Of a stretch of DNA of 41,804 bases, positions 20,601-29,702 are shown piece after piece (position 1 is the stretch's first letter; each line of letters opens with the position of its first letter). Below the pieces are notes generated by a model that was not told the DNA's origin, ran no database searches, and saw only the letters and a list, made by a program, of their open reading frames with translations. Origin of the DNA: a virus (taxonomy: Duplodnaviria > Caudoviricetes); the IMG/VR virus record IMGVR_UViG_3300022591_000022, positions 1 to 41,804 of that record, one strand, 5' to 3'. Made by a program: the position numbers and the translations under genes.

Positions 20601-23600
20601 GTCACGTTGACATGTTGTAATATTATAAACCAATGTTGGATAATTTACAGCAATATAATCTGTAGCATGAGTAGTAATTTCAGATTTTGCCGCCGCTAAC
20701 GCCGCTGCCGATGTTGTCAATGCTGTTGCTACCCATGCTGTGCTTGGATACAATGTTGTTGGTGTTGTACCTGTATTGATTGTATTGTAAACTTCTTGAA
20801 TACGAGCAGCCGCATATGTTCCAGAACCAGCAGATCCAGGAGTTCCACTAATATCTTGAGTCAATGCGTTTCCTGAAGTCTTAGACCAGCTTCCGCTATT
20901 ACCAGTTGCAATGTATCCAATGATTGACTGAATACGTGATTGAACTGCTAGAGCCGCTGTCTTTTCGTTTGAAAATTCAACAAACGTTCCATAGCTATAG
21001 TATGAGCGAGCGGCAATGACTGTTGCCAAGTTACATGGAGTGCCAGTAGTACCGTATGTTAAATCATAACGTAGTGCATCGATGATGTAGCCGATATCGC
21101 GAGTACAGTTTGATTGTCCACCAGCACCTAAATTGTTCCACAATGTGGTAAAGTTTACAGCCATATATGCCGCAACTTCAGCTTGAATAAATGCCTTATT
21201 AGCAACAATTAGTCGACGACCATTTGAGAAGCCGGTGTCATAGCCAGATGGATCAGGGATAACATATGCGCTCGCTGAGCCAGTAGCAATATTGCTCTTG
21301 ATTTCTGTACAGTTAGCTTTTACAGATGCCACTGCTGTTGCACTACCAGTATTTCCAGCTAATTGAGCTGTAGTTACTTGTGTTGCAGAGTTTCCAGATG
21401 TTGGTGTAACTGCGGTATTTGTAATAATGTTTGCAGTAATCGCTTGCAATCTTTGTAGTGTTGCATAAGATTTTGCTTTATCATTAGTAGCAATAATTTT
21501 ACCTGCTGGAGAAATTCTTGTACCACGTAGTTCGTCACCAACGATACCTGTATTTGCAGGGACACGCATTGGTAACACTTCGTAATACTGTCCAGTTTTA
21601 ACAAATAGTGTATAGCTAGGTGTGTCTATGATTGGCAAGCTGTTTGTGTTTCCAGCTGTTAGTGCATCGGTAACAATTTTAACCAATGCAGTTGATGTTG
21701 CCAATGCTGTAGATTCTGCTGTGTAGTTTGTATCAATAAGTTGTTTTACTCTGCTACCAACTGAAATACCATTTAATGATTGATAGTTTTGTGCAGGTGC
21801 TGTGTTAGCCAACACAGAACCAATCAAACTAAGACCGTAGTTGATTGCGGCAACTGTTTGAGTTACTTGTGTTCCGAAACCGCTGGTAATATAAGCAGTG
21901 CCTAATGCTGTATAATATGACTTAGCGGCTGCGATAGATTTTACATTTCCGCCTTTTGTCAAGTCGTTACGAACAGCGTCAAGGATCAATCCCATATCGC
22001 GCTTACACTTAGTTTGATCATATGAGAAGCTAGATGTAAATGGGCTGATGTTGTTAGTTATTTGATAATTGATCCATTGTACAATTTCTGTTTGGATAAA
22101 TGTTCTGTTGTAACGTAGTAGATAATCTGCATTTGGTGCATCATATCCTGTGTCAATTTGAGTAAGAGCATAACGTACACTTGCCCATGGTTGATCAATT
22201 GTTAAACCGTATGTTGGTGCTGGGCTGTTTGTGCCGTTAGGACCAACATAAAATACCTTAGCAATCTTACCAAAGTAGGTCCATGCTGGAATTCCGTTCT
22301 TGATAGAAAGAACCTGACCTGTGTCACCAACTGGTAAACGTGTTGCGCCTGCACCACCGTAGTATACCAAGTCGCCTGTTGTTGTAAGAACTGATTCTTC
22401 ATTACCACCGGTTAGCAAATTCCAGTATGTGCCCAATGTATCATTGGCTGGCTTACTTGGTGTAGATGAAGTGTGTGACTGAATACAGATATAACTGTTA
22501 GGACCGTCTTTAACTGCATCACCTAACTCATAGGCTGTTGAAGTTACCCAAGTATTTTTCCACTTGATACCTTCGTTTAATTTTGCCCAGTATGTAGCAT
22601 TTGGCGGTTTCTGTGAAACGTTATCTGCAACAGCAACGTATGTCCAACCGTTTAAGCGAACAACTTCGCCAACTCTGTATCCAGATCCACCAGTTGCCCA
22701 ATCGCCTGCAAGTTTAAATCCTGTGGCAAACAATGCCCAGTCTGTGGTATTGGTTGAAGGAGGAAAGCCAGATGCCGCAATATGTGCAGTCTTAGAAATA
22801 TAGTTGTTACCGCCGTATCTTACATAGTCGCCTGGTTGATATGTATTACCGCTTGTCCAGTCAAGTCTATATAAAACACCTTCAACAAACTTGTTCCAGT
22901 TTGTTTGATCAACAACAAAGTTTGCTGTACTTGTGTGAGCTGTTGTACAAATCCATGTACCGCCACCGTTCTTTACAACATCGTTGATTTTGTATCGTAC
23001 TGAACTACCGCTCCACGCACCTTTATATTCAATGCCTTGAGTAAAGTAATCCCAATAGCCTTGATTGTTTTCAAGACCTAATGTAGTTGTTGCGGCTGAA
23101 GTGTGCGCAAAATTACAAACATATGATGTAGAACCATATCTTACTAGATCGCCAACTTTGTATCTTGTTGAAATTGCCCATGCACCTTTCCAATCAACGC
23201 CTTTTGAGAACAGATCCCAATAGCCTTGATTATTCTCAAGACCTAGTGCTAGTGTTCCTGCAGAAGTATGAGCATGGTTACAAATGTATGTATATCCGCC
23301 GTATTTTACAACGTCATTTACTTTGTAAGTATAACTAATTGCCCAGTCACCTTTCCAATCAAATGACTCAGCAAATAAATCCCAACTACCTTGATCTAGC
23401 TCAAGAGTAGCTTGGCTGGTATGACCTGTATTACAGATATAAACGTCACCGCCGTATTTTACAATATCATTGATTTTGTATACTGTTCCAGATGCCGACC
23501 AGTTGCCTTTCCAGACTTGACCGTCTGAAAATTGATTCCACTTAGTCGGAATATTATTGAGATCTGTATAAAAATCCGAAGCCGCTTGGTGTCCTACTAC

Positions 23601-23714
23601 GCAAAGGAAAGTTTTTCCACCGTAGTGTACAATGTCGTCTTTATAGTATGTAGTGCCGGTTGCCCAGTCGTTCTTCCATACAAATTTAATTCTACCTAGT
23701 TTAAATTCAGCCAT
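14667..23714 (-). CDS. Giant multidomain virion/tail-fibre protein (3015 aa), paralogue of 23754-29312
   Basis: 8 N-terminal CBM5/12-like W-x5-Y-x3-D-x-V-x-YGG repeats, pectin-lyase-like beta-helix start (VFYVGPNG...GDELRGT), 4 phycobiliprotein-like segments, many beta-propeller blades, C-terminal RLTGHDFL...FYTSTDQDGNFRVG...VPTQ. Confidence 0.8.
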   Translation of the reverse strand: MAEFKLGRIKFVWKNDWATGTTYYKDDIVHYGGKTFLCVVGHQAASDFYTDLNNIPTKWNQFSDGQVWKGNWSASGTVYKINDIVKYGGDVYICNTGHTSQATLELDQGSWDLFAESFDWKGDWAISYTYKVNDVVKYGGYTYICNHAHTSAGTLALGLENNQGYWDLFSKGVDWKGAWAISTRYKVGDLVRYGSTSYVCNFAHTSAATTTLGLENNQGYWDYFTQGIEYKGAWSGSSVRYKINDVVKNGGGTWICTTAHTSTANFVVDQTNWNKFVEGVLYRLDWTSGNTYQPGDYVRYGGNNYISKTAHIAASGFPPSTNTTDWALFATGFKLAGDWATGGSGYRVGEVVRLNGWTYVAVADNVSQKPPNATYWAKLNEGIKWKNTWVTSTAYELGDAVKDGPNSYICIQSHTSSTPSKPANDTLGTYWNLLTGGNEESVLTTTGDLVYYGGAGATRLPVGDTGQVLSIKNGIPAWTYFGKIAKVFYVGPNGTNSPAPTYGLTIDQPWASVRYALTQIDTGYDAPNADYLLRYNRTFIQTEIVQWINYQITNNISPFTSSFSYDQTKCKRDMGLILDAVRNDLTKGGNVKSIAAAKSYYTALGTAYITSGFGTQVTQTVAAINYGLSLIGSVLANTAPAQNYQSLNGISVGSRVKQLIDTNYTAESTALATSTALVKIVTDALTAGNTNSLPIIDTPSYTLFVKTGQYYEVLPMRVPANTGIVGDELRGTRISPAGKIIATNDKAKSYATLQRLQAITANIITNTAVTPTSGNSATQVTTAQLAGNTGSATAVASVKANCTEIKSNIATGSASAYVIPDPSGYDTGFSNGRRLIVANKAFIQAEVAAYMAVNFTTLWNNLGAGGQSNCTRDIGYIIDALRYDLTYGTTGTPCNLATVIAARSYYSYGTFVEFSNEKTAALAVQSRIQSIIGYIATGNSGSWSKTSGNALTQDISGTPGSAGSGTYAAARIQEVYNTINTGTTPTTLYPSTAWVATALTTSAAALAAAKSEITTHATDYIAVNYPTLVYNITTCQRDVGYIVDSLQYDLMFGSNFLSIQSGLAYRRGTTSALYVIANQSAATQSIVDFISAKASKIVAAGAVVLADELWKDITGYINTGTRPIVASTLDATTDIDRINGSYNLRLNTAFMQAEAVAYIAYTYKSTVTASSTSQMSGGAGITSWMVAGDAIRFTGTLFGGVQLNTTYYVYSVDSGTQFKIVDQLGGGTPRTLSVGSGSMTVSYYYNSARCQNDVAEYIRAISRDMIYTGNYSSVSAARYYRNALTGSKLEDFYYVRNGCGVRNQTLTGLDGSSDGNTTGYQSALTTTVSAYNTKRPNAGAYVSLDPGWGPSDSNVWVSTKSTYVQNVTTFGIGCVGQKIDGSLHAGGNDSIVSNDFTQVLSDGIGAWVTNLGRAELVSVFTYYNYMGYLAENGGKIRATNGNNSYGTFGSVAEFIDVTETPITGFVNNRNAGADVKNVLTDGNNILMLEYGNAGSTYTSATYSFSGAGISAAATATEFRDNGVYQVRLVDPGDSTGGGGYNYMTIANTAQGGNAYSITIAAADNNGSAAYVGMAIYLTGGLGAGQYANILTYNSASKVATVVRDSFTPITVTATAITTNLVTVSSLTGLYPNLMVMLDTAIGGLSAYTPYYVKSVPASANIAIGYVARSSSTATITTAVAHGLATGHTVSIYNTGTALDSDLTKVITVVDAYNFTYTSGASGTITPSTLSSFVLTGTAGQFTCTSTTLATNQAILLSGTFGGTGSITVGATTYSAAGTTATAGLVFYVVAGGTGTSFQLSYTPGGTPITTTAGTPTGLTYTVGLTTTAVVRADSKITLGASTGSSTPVNLSTASGTVTMYGGGWDHVSGVPILSALGVTTTYAITPRLSFTAPTYTTTSTALPVSANWIDIVYGNGVGSYTAVTATGGSGSLASFDVTRINGVYTVTPNAPGVLYAVGNTLTIAGTSLGGTSPANDLTLTVTAVASGSQGVSAVTASGTAVTAKFVAIATGTTGTAYSTDGVSWTAGAMPSGLNFTAIDYGAVAGIGYYVAIATGTATAYYSLDGINWSAGAIGQSAAWNDIVYGNGKFVAIAQIDTVTSYRAVSSNGGATWTTGTFGQGSVAVTYGGTRYVVVQGGYSNKAAWSLDGLTWNTVSLPVYANWIDVTFGNNRFVAVADSSAATGNGIAAYSVDYGATWNRTYTPELFGYKSIQYGNGVFDLIGWGDTNASSTDGIYWTPRSSALTTVVGASTSKDTTAATYTATTLPASGYWLDAIWTGSKFIAIGHDNVSAPYGASSPDGITWTSVTLPTVSGGYTYSAIAYDGASKYVALIQDTRHIASSTDGVTWAGTINAIPTTGTWSDMVYGGGKFVAVSGGQNRTAYSTDGVTWTNGTISATATEYTAIAYGNPGTAYYVVVAGLTGNSQVSAYSTDGVTWTAGNTMPSADTWSSIVYGGGKFVAVAGSATTTSTKAAYSTNGTSWVAATMPGAAAKWIKVVYGGGAYTAYSYGGTRTAYSADGITWVEGPALSTTRNWFSGAYGNNRNVALPTGGSTGGNVLNFVLNTNYITLGSSNSLVEVGQRIRFDAGTAIGGLATGPYYYIVGVNGTSQISVSLTKGGSAVVLSTASGSMAGTISMDYQNHAYGNYNGVPAWVAVGAGTKNALKYNVGATTKARAYVTSGAISSIWINEPGSGYASAPTMTIIDPNNTGSDAPVTVRVGSGALAQPTYSNRGVGYAAATSSIVGNGYADNYQVSSYVGFTGLTGIPQPGANVQIAGIDKIWYRLVATTGLVLKSDGTYNATLQISPKIGNAEAPEHLTGTTIRRRYSQVRLTGHDFLSIGTGNQTNTNYPGLPLSDAIPANETKNYGGGRVFYTSTDQDGNFRVGGLFNVQQATGVATLNADAFNIAGLNQLSLGSVALGGTGAVISEFSTDPYFTLNSDAVVPTQRAIKAYITSQIGGGGSQLNVNTLTAGVIYIAGQTITTTTSVQININTKVYFKGGIDGTAMALNYFLLNN

Positions 23715-23740
23715 TTAAAGCTCCGTTTATATCAATATAA

Positions 23741-23747
23741 TATTTAT
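23741..23747 (-). promoter_or_regulatory. T4-like late promoter (ATAAATA)
   Basis: In the 39-nt gap between the two giant genes, upstream of a GGAG SD. Confidence 0.7.
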
Positions 23748-23753
23748 CAAACA

Positions 23754-26700
23754 TTACTTGTGCCCTGTTTGAACGCCACCTGATGTCCAGTACGCTAATG
23801 CTAGATACGTGCCGTCTATCCCCTGTTTAAAATTCACTTTGCCTGGAATGATCAATTGATCTCCAGTTGTTGTTGTAATAATATTTGGTCCACCAACTGA
23901 TACAACACCTGCTGTAATCTGTCCAGTGATCGCATCAGCGCCGCCACCAGATACTCTACGTTGTAAGTATCCTTTGATTGCCTTTTGTGTTGGAACAATA
24001 TTATTTGAGTCAGCAGTGAATGTTACATCTGTTGAAAACTCTCTAATAACAACACCAGATCCACCAACTGTAACACCGCCTAGCCTCAATTCACTCAATC
24101 CTTGTAGCTTGAAGAACTGCGCATTTAGTGTTACAATACCTGTAGACTGCTCAACCGCAAACAACTCACCAACTCTAAAGTTACCATCTTGGTCAGTTGA
24201 TGTGTAGAACACACGGCCGCCATTGGCTTCTTGTACTTCGTTTTCCGGTGACAACACCGTTCCGTTAGGATACAATGTCAACGGATAGTTAGTTTGTGAG
24301 AAATTACCTAAACCGATATCTAAGAAGTCATGACCAGTTAAACGACACTGGCTGTATTTTTGTCTAATCGATATTCCGGTTCCGTGGTCTGGTGATTCTT
24401 CGTAGCTTACGTCTTTACCGATGTCTAGCAACGCTGTGTAATTACCTACTGATCCGCCTAAAATTTGACATGTCAATAATTTATAAGTGTAATCATTGAT
24501 TCCGGCAATCGAAACGTTATCACCTGGTCCAGGTATTCTAGTTAGATTGGAAACTACTATAAAGGCACCGGTTTGATATTGGTCTTTATATCCATCGCCA
24601 GTAACTTTAATAGTTGTACTAGTTGAAACATAGCCAGTACCAGCATTGAGGATCGTTGGATTACCTAATGCACCGTTGCCTGTTCTTATAGTTACATACA
24701 CGCTGTTTACGCGATTAGGATCAGTAATCGACAACACTGGAGTTGAAGTGTATCCACTTCCTGGTTCCCAAATGTAAAATGCCGAAATCTTATTAGCAAC
24801 TACTTTGACTCTTGCTTGAGCTCTAATACCGGTGCTAATAAACCCTAGTGCCGCAGTATTTGTTGTTATACCGCCGAGTAAGGCAAACTTTCCAGGCTTA
24901 GATACGTTGGCAAATGTTATTGCACACCATGGTGCGCTACCACCTGGAGCATTTTGATAACTCCAGTTGTATCCATCATTAGATACTGCAACAGTTCCGC
25001 CGCCGGTAGCTACTGCAACATATGTACCTTGACCGTAGGCAATTGCTTGCCAGTTGGCACCAGTTACTGTAGATGTTGTCCAACTAACTCCGTCTAAGCT
25101 GGTATAGAAACTACTTGCTCCTACGTATCCACCTGCGATGGCAACAAATTTACCATTGCCCCAAGTGATGTCTTTAAGTCCACCGCTGATAGCCCCTAAT
25201 TGCCATGACACACCGTTTGTTGAATATGCGGTATTTGCAGTTGTTGAATCGCCAAATGCTACTGTTACAAACTTACCAGCACCGTATGCAATAGCGTTCC
25301 ATTCTGCGCCTTCTGGCAATGTTACTGAACCCCATGTTACTCCGTCGGAAGAAATAGCGGCTTGCGCACCACCAGTGGCTACTGCAATCCATGTACCGTT
25401 TCCGTAGGCAACATCTCTCCAATCTTGTACTCCTAATGCTGGACCCGATTGTACTGGCATGCTCATAGATGCCCAAATAATACCATCTAAGGAGTATGCG
25501 GCAGCACCGTTAGTGCCAAATGCCATAAATCTATCTTTAACCCAACGAACTTTAGTCCACAATGCTGTTGTTGGTAAAGTTCTGTTAGTCCAGTTTACAG
25601 CATCTGCTGAATAGACTGCATAGTTTACACCTAGTGCTGTGGCAACATATACTGTTCCATTAGATGCAATGCTTGACCACTGAATGCTTGATGGCATAGA
25701 TCCAGACGTTGCACTATATCCAGGAGCACTAAATGTAACTCTTGGTTCAATAGCATATTGACTGCTCTTATCAAGCAGTGAAAGTATTGGTGTTCCGTAG
25801 GTCAAATGTTCCCAACCTACATGATGTACAGTCATTCTACCAGTACCGGATGCTGTCGATACTACTGATCCACCCGATGTTAAACTTACTGTGATCTGAT
25901 TGTTTCCAGAGTCAATTGTTTTAACGTAATATATGGTTTGTGCTGTAATGTTTGGTCCACCAAATAGTGTTCCTGTGAAACAAATTGGTTCATTCAAAGT
26001 AAACCCAGACACAGATGCTAGTGTTATTAAATTACCGCCTAGTGATGTTGAAGTTGCAGTAGCCGTTGTAGTTGCTGTTGATTCCTTACCTACAATTACT
26101 AATTTTCCTACACTGTCATAATCAGCAACATAACCATATTGACCTGCTCCTGTACCGCCAGTAAGAATAATTCTCAACCCTTGATAGTTTGCAAGTAGGT
26201 TGGTGTCTGAACCAGCAATAGTAATAGTTCTAGCATCGCCTGTTTGTGCGGCGTTAGTAATAAACATATAGCTAGAACCACCTGGCTGTGTTGAGTCTCC
26301 AGCAGTCACTACTCGAACTTCATAGACAGCTCCGTCTCTAATTTCATCACCATATAATGATCCATTTAGACCAGCGCCGGTAATTGCGTAGTTTGCCGTT
26401 GAGTAGTTTGTACCAGCGTCAGTGTAAAATAATTTTAAAATGTTTCCGGTTGGACCAGTTAGTGCTTGTACAACATCTGCTTGATAGTAACGGTTGTTTA
26501 CTGTTGCAGTAATAGGAGTTTCTGTTGTGTTGAATCCCTCTGATACAGCACCAAATGTACCGTATGAACAGTTTCCGTTGGTTCCACGAATCTTACCACC
26601 GTTAGTTGTTAGATAACCAATATGGTTATAGTATGTAAACACTGAAACTGCTTCTGTGCGTCCTGTACCGTTTGCCCAAATTCCAATACCGTCTGATAAA

Positions 26701-29312
26701 ATCTGCGTAAAGTCGTTTGATACAATCGTTTGATTACCACCACCGTGTATGTCACCGTCGATTTTAAGACCAATACAACCTGTTCCAAACGTGGTAACGT
26801 TTTGTACATAAGGTGATTTGGTTCCTACCCATGCTGTTGTATCGCTTGGACCCCATCCTGGATCTAAACTAGCAAATGCCCCTGCTGTAGGTCTACGTGT
26901 TAGATACGCATTAGGAGCACCAAGTGTTCCATTTAATCCAGTGAGTGTCATGTTACGTAGGCCTGTGCCGTCACGCAATAAGAACATATTTTGAATTTGA
27001 TTCTGACTATAATCACTCGAATTGATAAAATAGTTGGCAGCGTCTAATGTTTTATAATTTCCGATATAACCAACATCATATGTTAGTGCGCTGATAATTC
27101 TATCTAGATCGTTGGACCAACGAGCTGGTAAAGTGTAAACTGTTGAGTCTTCATATACTGCATTGATATACAACGTAGCTTCATTCTTGATAAATGCCGC
27201 ATTGTTCACCATATTGTTATAGGCAATTACACGCAACGCATTTTGAGTGAATGAGTTTGTGCCCGATACTGATATCGAGGTATAACTTTTAACTCTGTTA
27301 TAGAATGTGTTTCCTAACGAACTAATAATCAAACCTTCGTTAGCTGTTGATACACCCGCTGTAAAGTTTTGTGGCACGGTACCATACAATCGTGTTGTTG
27401 GGTTTATCGGATCGTCTGCTCCAATAGTAATGCCTTGAACAATAAATGCTCCAATAGTTTTAATATAGTTGGCAGCATCTAAAATTCGTTGTAGATAGTT
27501 AGAGTCGATTTGTGCAGTTGCCGGACGGATAATAGTTCCACGAAGCTCGTCGCCAACAACTGATACAAATGCTGGAACACGTAATGGTAATATTTCATCA
27601 AATGTTCCAGTTCTTACAAATATTGTAGCATACCCTGTTACATTTTCTAATGCATAACGAAGTGTTCGCCATGGGCTGTTAGGAGCGGTTCCGTTTGCAG
27701 GACCATCTGTTCCTGTTTGTGCAACATAGTAAACTTTGTCTGTTGCAAACATAGTTGACCATGCTGGTTGACCGTTGTATGATTGTAGAACATAACCTTC
27801 AGCGCCAGCTTCTAATGTCTTGTATCCAAGAGTACTGCTAGTATCTGGACCATATGTACGCAGGTCACCTAATTTCTTTAGTCTAGCATAAGAGTTGCCA
27901 TCTGTAACTTTTTCCCAATAGAGTCCACGCTTGTCGTCGTCTGGGCGATTACCTAAATTTGAAGTATGATGGTCTTTACATCTATAAGAACTTGCCACAT
28001 AAACAACTATCTCGCCAACAACATATACGTTGCCTGCTTTCCAGAAACCTCTCCATTTACTACCAGGTAAAATTAAATCCCAGTACGGTGAGTTAGTTGA
28101 TGATAAGTCTCCCTCAATATCTGGATCTTGTGCATAGTTGTCGTTGAAAGAAACATAAACGTTACCACCACGGCGAACAACATCGCCTGGAAGATAATTT
28201 GTATATTGATTCCAGTCACCTTGAATTCTTGTATCTTCAAATAGTAGTTGCCAACCAGGTGCTGTAGAAGGTGTTTGTCCTAAGTTTGTAGTTACTGCGG
28301 TATATAAATCGCCACCGTAACGAACAATGTCGCCAGTTTGATATACTGTCAATTTATTCCATTGTTGATCAAACTGATTACCAGGACAATAAATTGCCCA
28401 ATATGTTAAATCAAATGCTGTACCTGAATTGTGAAATGCTGTACATGTATAAAGATAAGAACCAAATTTCACAACATCATTCACACGATAAGTAACCGAT
28501 GCTGTCCATTCTTGTCTGTATAATGAACTTGTATGTACTGTTACCCATTTAGATAGATCTGATGGCAGGCCATTCGTTGCAGAACTGTTTGAAGTGTGTG
28601 CTGTAGTACAGCGATAAACAGTTGCTCCGTATCTAACTATGTCGTTTAATTTATATGCTGTGGAAATTGTCCAATCACCTTTCCAATCGTCGGAGATCGA
28701 CACTGCTGTCCAGTTTTCTAAGTTTGCTTCAAGTCCGTTGGCAGTTGATGCGGCTGACAAGTGCATGCTAGTACAACGATAAACTTTGCCGCCGTATCTA
28801 ACTGTGTCATTGACACGATAGTATGTAGATGTTGTCCAGTCACCAGTCCAATATTGTCCGTTGAAATATACTGCCCAGTATGTTACTAGTTGACCGTTTA
28901 TAACTTTTGATTCAATAAAGTTGTGTTCACCCAACGGATCGCGAGGATCAACGTTAGCAACGCCATCTGTACCTACGTTAGCGTTACTAGGTGATACATG
29001 AGCTGTGATACAAAGATAATTTGTACCACCAAAAGAAATAATATCACCGCGTTTATAATATGTGTCATGGACCCAATCACCCATCCATGATGTTCCGTCT
29101 GACATTAGTTCCCATCTAGGAACTAGTAACGGTGGTATATCGTTATTGTAAAAATCTAAATCGTAGTAGAAATCTGTTGCCGCAACGTGTGATTCTAAAC
29201 AAACATAAACCTTACTGCCATACGAAACGATGTCGTCGGGATTATATCTGCCGTATGCAGTCCAGGCTCCGCGCCACGAATATTTTAATCTACTAAGTTT
29301 AAATTCTGCCAT
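23754..29312 (-). CDS. Giant multidomain virion/tail-fibre protein (1852 aa), paralogue of 14667-23714
   Basis: Same MAEFKL start, 8 CBM5/12-like repeats, VYYVAQTG...GDELRGT, SNDFTQILSDGIG, one propeller set and the same C-terminal domain. Confidence 0.8.
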   Translation of the reverse strand: MAEFKLSRLKYSWRGAWTAYGRYNPDDIVSYGSKVYVCLESHVAATDFYYDLDFYNNDIPPLLVPRWELMSDGTSWMGDWVHDTYYKRGDIISFGGTNYLCITAHVSPSNANVGTDGVANVDPRDPLGEHNFIESKVINGQLVTYWAVYFNGQYWTGDWTTSTYYRVNDTVRYGGKVYRCTSMHLSAASTANGLEANLENWTAVSISDDWKGDWTISTAYKLNDIVRYGATVYRCTTAHTSNSSATNGLPSDLSKWVTVHTSSLYRQEWTASVTYRVNDVVKFGSYLYTCTAFHNSGTAFDLTYWAIYCPGNQFDQQWNKLTVYQTGDIVRYGGDLYTAVTTNLGQTPSTAPGWQLLFEDTRIQGDWNQYTNYLPGDVVRRGGNVYVSFNDNYAQDPDIEGDLSSTNSPYWDLILPGSKWRGFWKAGNVYVVGEIVVYVASSYRCKDHHTSNLGNRPDDDKRGLYWEKVTDGNSYARLKKLGDLRTYGPDTSSTLGYKTLEAGAEGYVLQSYNGQPAWSTMFATDKVYYVAQTGTDGPANGTAPNSPWRTLRYALENVTGYATIFVRTGTFDEILPLRVPAFVSVVGDELRGTIIRPATAQIDSNYLQRILDAANYIKTIGAFIVQGITIGADDPINPTTRLYGTVPQNFTAGVSTANEGLIISSLGNTFYNRVKSYTSISVSGTNSFTQNALRVIAYNNMVNNAAFIKNEATLYINAVYEDSTVYTLPARWSNDLDRIISALTYDVGYIGNYKTLDAANYFINSSDYSQNQIQNMFLLRDGTGLRNMTLTGLNGTLGAPNAYLTRRPTAGAFASLDPGWGPSDTTAWVGTKSPYVQNVTTFGTGCIGLKIDGDIHGGGNQTIVSNDFTQILSDGIGIWANGTGRTEAVSVFTYYNHIGYLTTNGGKIRGTNGNCSYGTFGAVSEGFNTTETPITATVNNRYYQADVVQALTGPTGNILKLFYTDAGTNYSTANYAITGAGLNGSLYGDEIRDGAVYEVRVVTAGDSTQPGGSSYMFITNAAQTGDARTITIAGSDTNLLANYQGLRIILTGGTGAGQYGYVADYDSVGKLVIVGKESTATTTATATSTSLGGNLITLASVSGFTLNEPICFTGTLFGGPNITAQTIYYVKTIDSGNNQITVSLTSGGSVVSTASGTGRMTVHHVGWEHLTYGTPILSLLDKSSQYAIEPRVTFSAPGYSATSGSMPSSIQWSSIASNGTVYVATALGVNYAVYSADAVNWTNRTLPTTALWTKVRWVKDRFMAFGTNGAAAYSLDGIIWASMSMPVQSGPALGVQDWRDVAYGNGTWIAVATGGAQAAISSDGVTWGSVTLPEGAEWNAIAYGAGKFVTVAFGDSTTANTAYSTNGVSWQLGAISGGLKDITWGNGKFVAIAGGYVGASSFYTSLDGVSWTTSTVTGANWQAIAYGQGTYVAVATGGGTVAVSNDGYNWSYQNAPGGSAPWCAITFANVSKPGKFALLGGITTNTAALGFISTGIRAQARVKVVANKISAFYIWEPGSGYTSTPVLSITDPNRVNSVYVTIRTGNGALGNPTILNAGTGYVSTSTTIKVTGDGYKDQYQTGAFIVVSNLTRIPGPGDNVSIAGINDYTYKLLTCQILGGSVGNYTALLDIGKDVSYEESPDHGTGISIRQKYSQCRLTGHDFLDIGLGNFSQTNYPLTLYPNGTVLSPENEVQEANGGRVFYTSTDQDGNFRVGELFAVEQSTGIVTLNAQFFKLQGLSELRLGGVTVGGSGVVIREFSTDVTFTADSNNIVPTQKAIKGYLQRRVSGGGADAITGQITAGVVSVGGPNIITTTTGDQLIIPGKVNFKQGIDGTYLALAYWTSGGVQTGHK

Positions 29313-29320
29313 GATTTATT

Positions 29321-29692
29321 TTAATCCTCTGAAACACCGGGAGTATACTCGTAACCGTTGTTGATTCTAACTATCAATTCACCTTCATCATCGATGTAAT
29401 AAAAAATTGATCGATCGTCCCATTTGTATTGCTGGTAACGCAAATTTGCGTACACTGGATTGTGATTTACATCGATTCCTTCAAAGAAATCAACGCCAAT
29501 ATCAAAATCAGTGTAGTTACCTTCTTCGTTTCCAGTATTATTGATTTGGATAGAGTCTGTTCCTCTCATCTGATCGCTTCTTACTAAAAACAAACTGCCG
29601 TTTTCGTTTTTTCTTAGACCGTAGAAAAATCTAGGAGTATCCCCAAGGTTTGTTTGCGGGTCAGTACCAACATAATAATTGCTATTTGACAT
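29321..29692 (-). CDS. Hypothetical, probably virion-associated protein (123 aa)
   Basis: Tightly packed ORF in the structural operon with an AAGGA SD. Confidence 0.6.
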   Translation of the reverse strand: MSNSNYYVGTDPQTNLGDTPRFFYGLRKNENGSLFLVRSDQMRGTDSIQINNTGNEEGNYTDFDIGVDFFEGIDVNHNPVYANLRYQQYKWDDRSIFYYIDDEGELIVRINNGYEYTPGVSED

Positions 29693-29702
29693 TGTCTTTT
29701 CC

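Noticed and set aside
5500-22140. Assigning a cyanobacterial host from the phycobiliprotein-like motifs
   Set aside because: No photosynthesis or bilin biosynthesis genes are in the window, and the motif alone cannot identify the host
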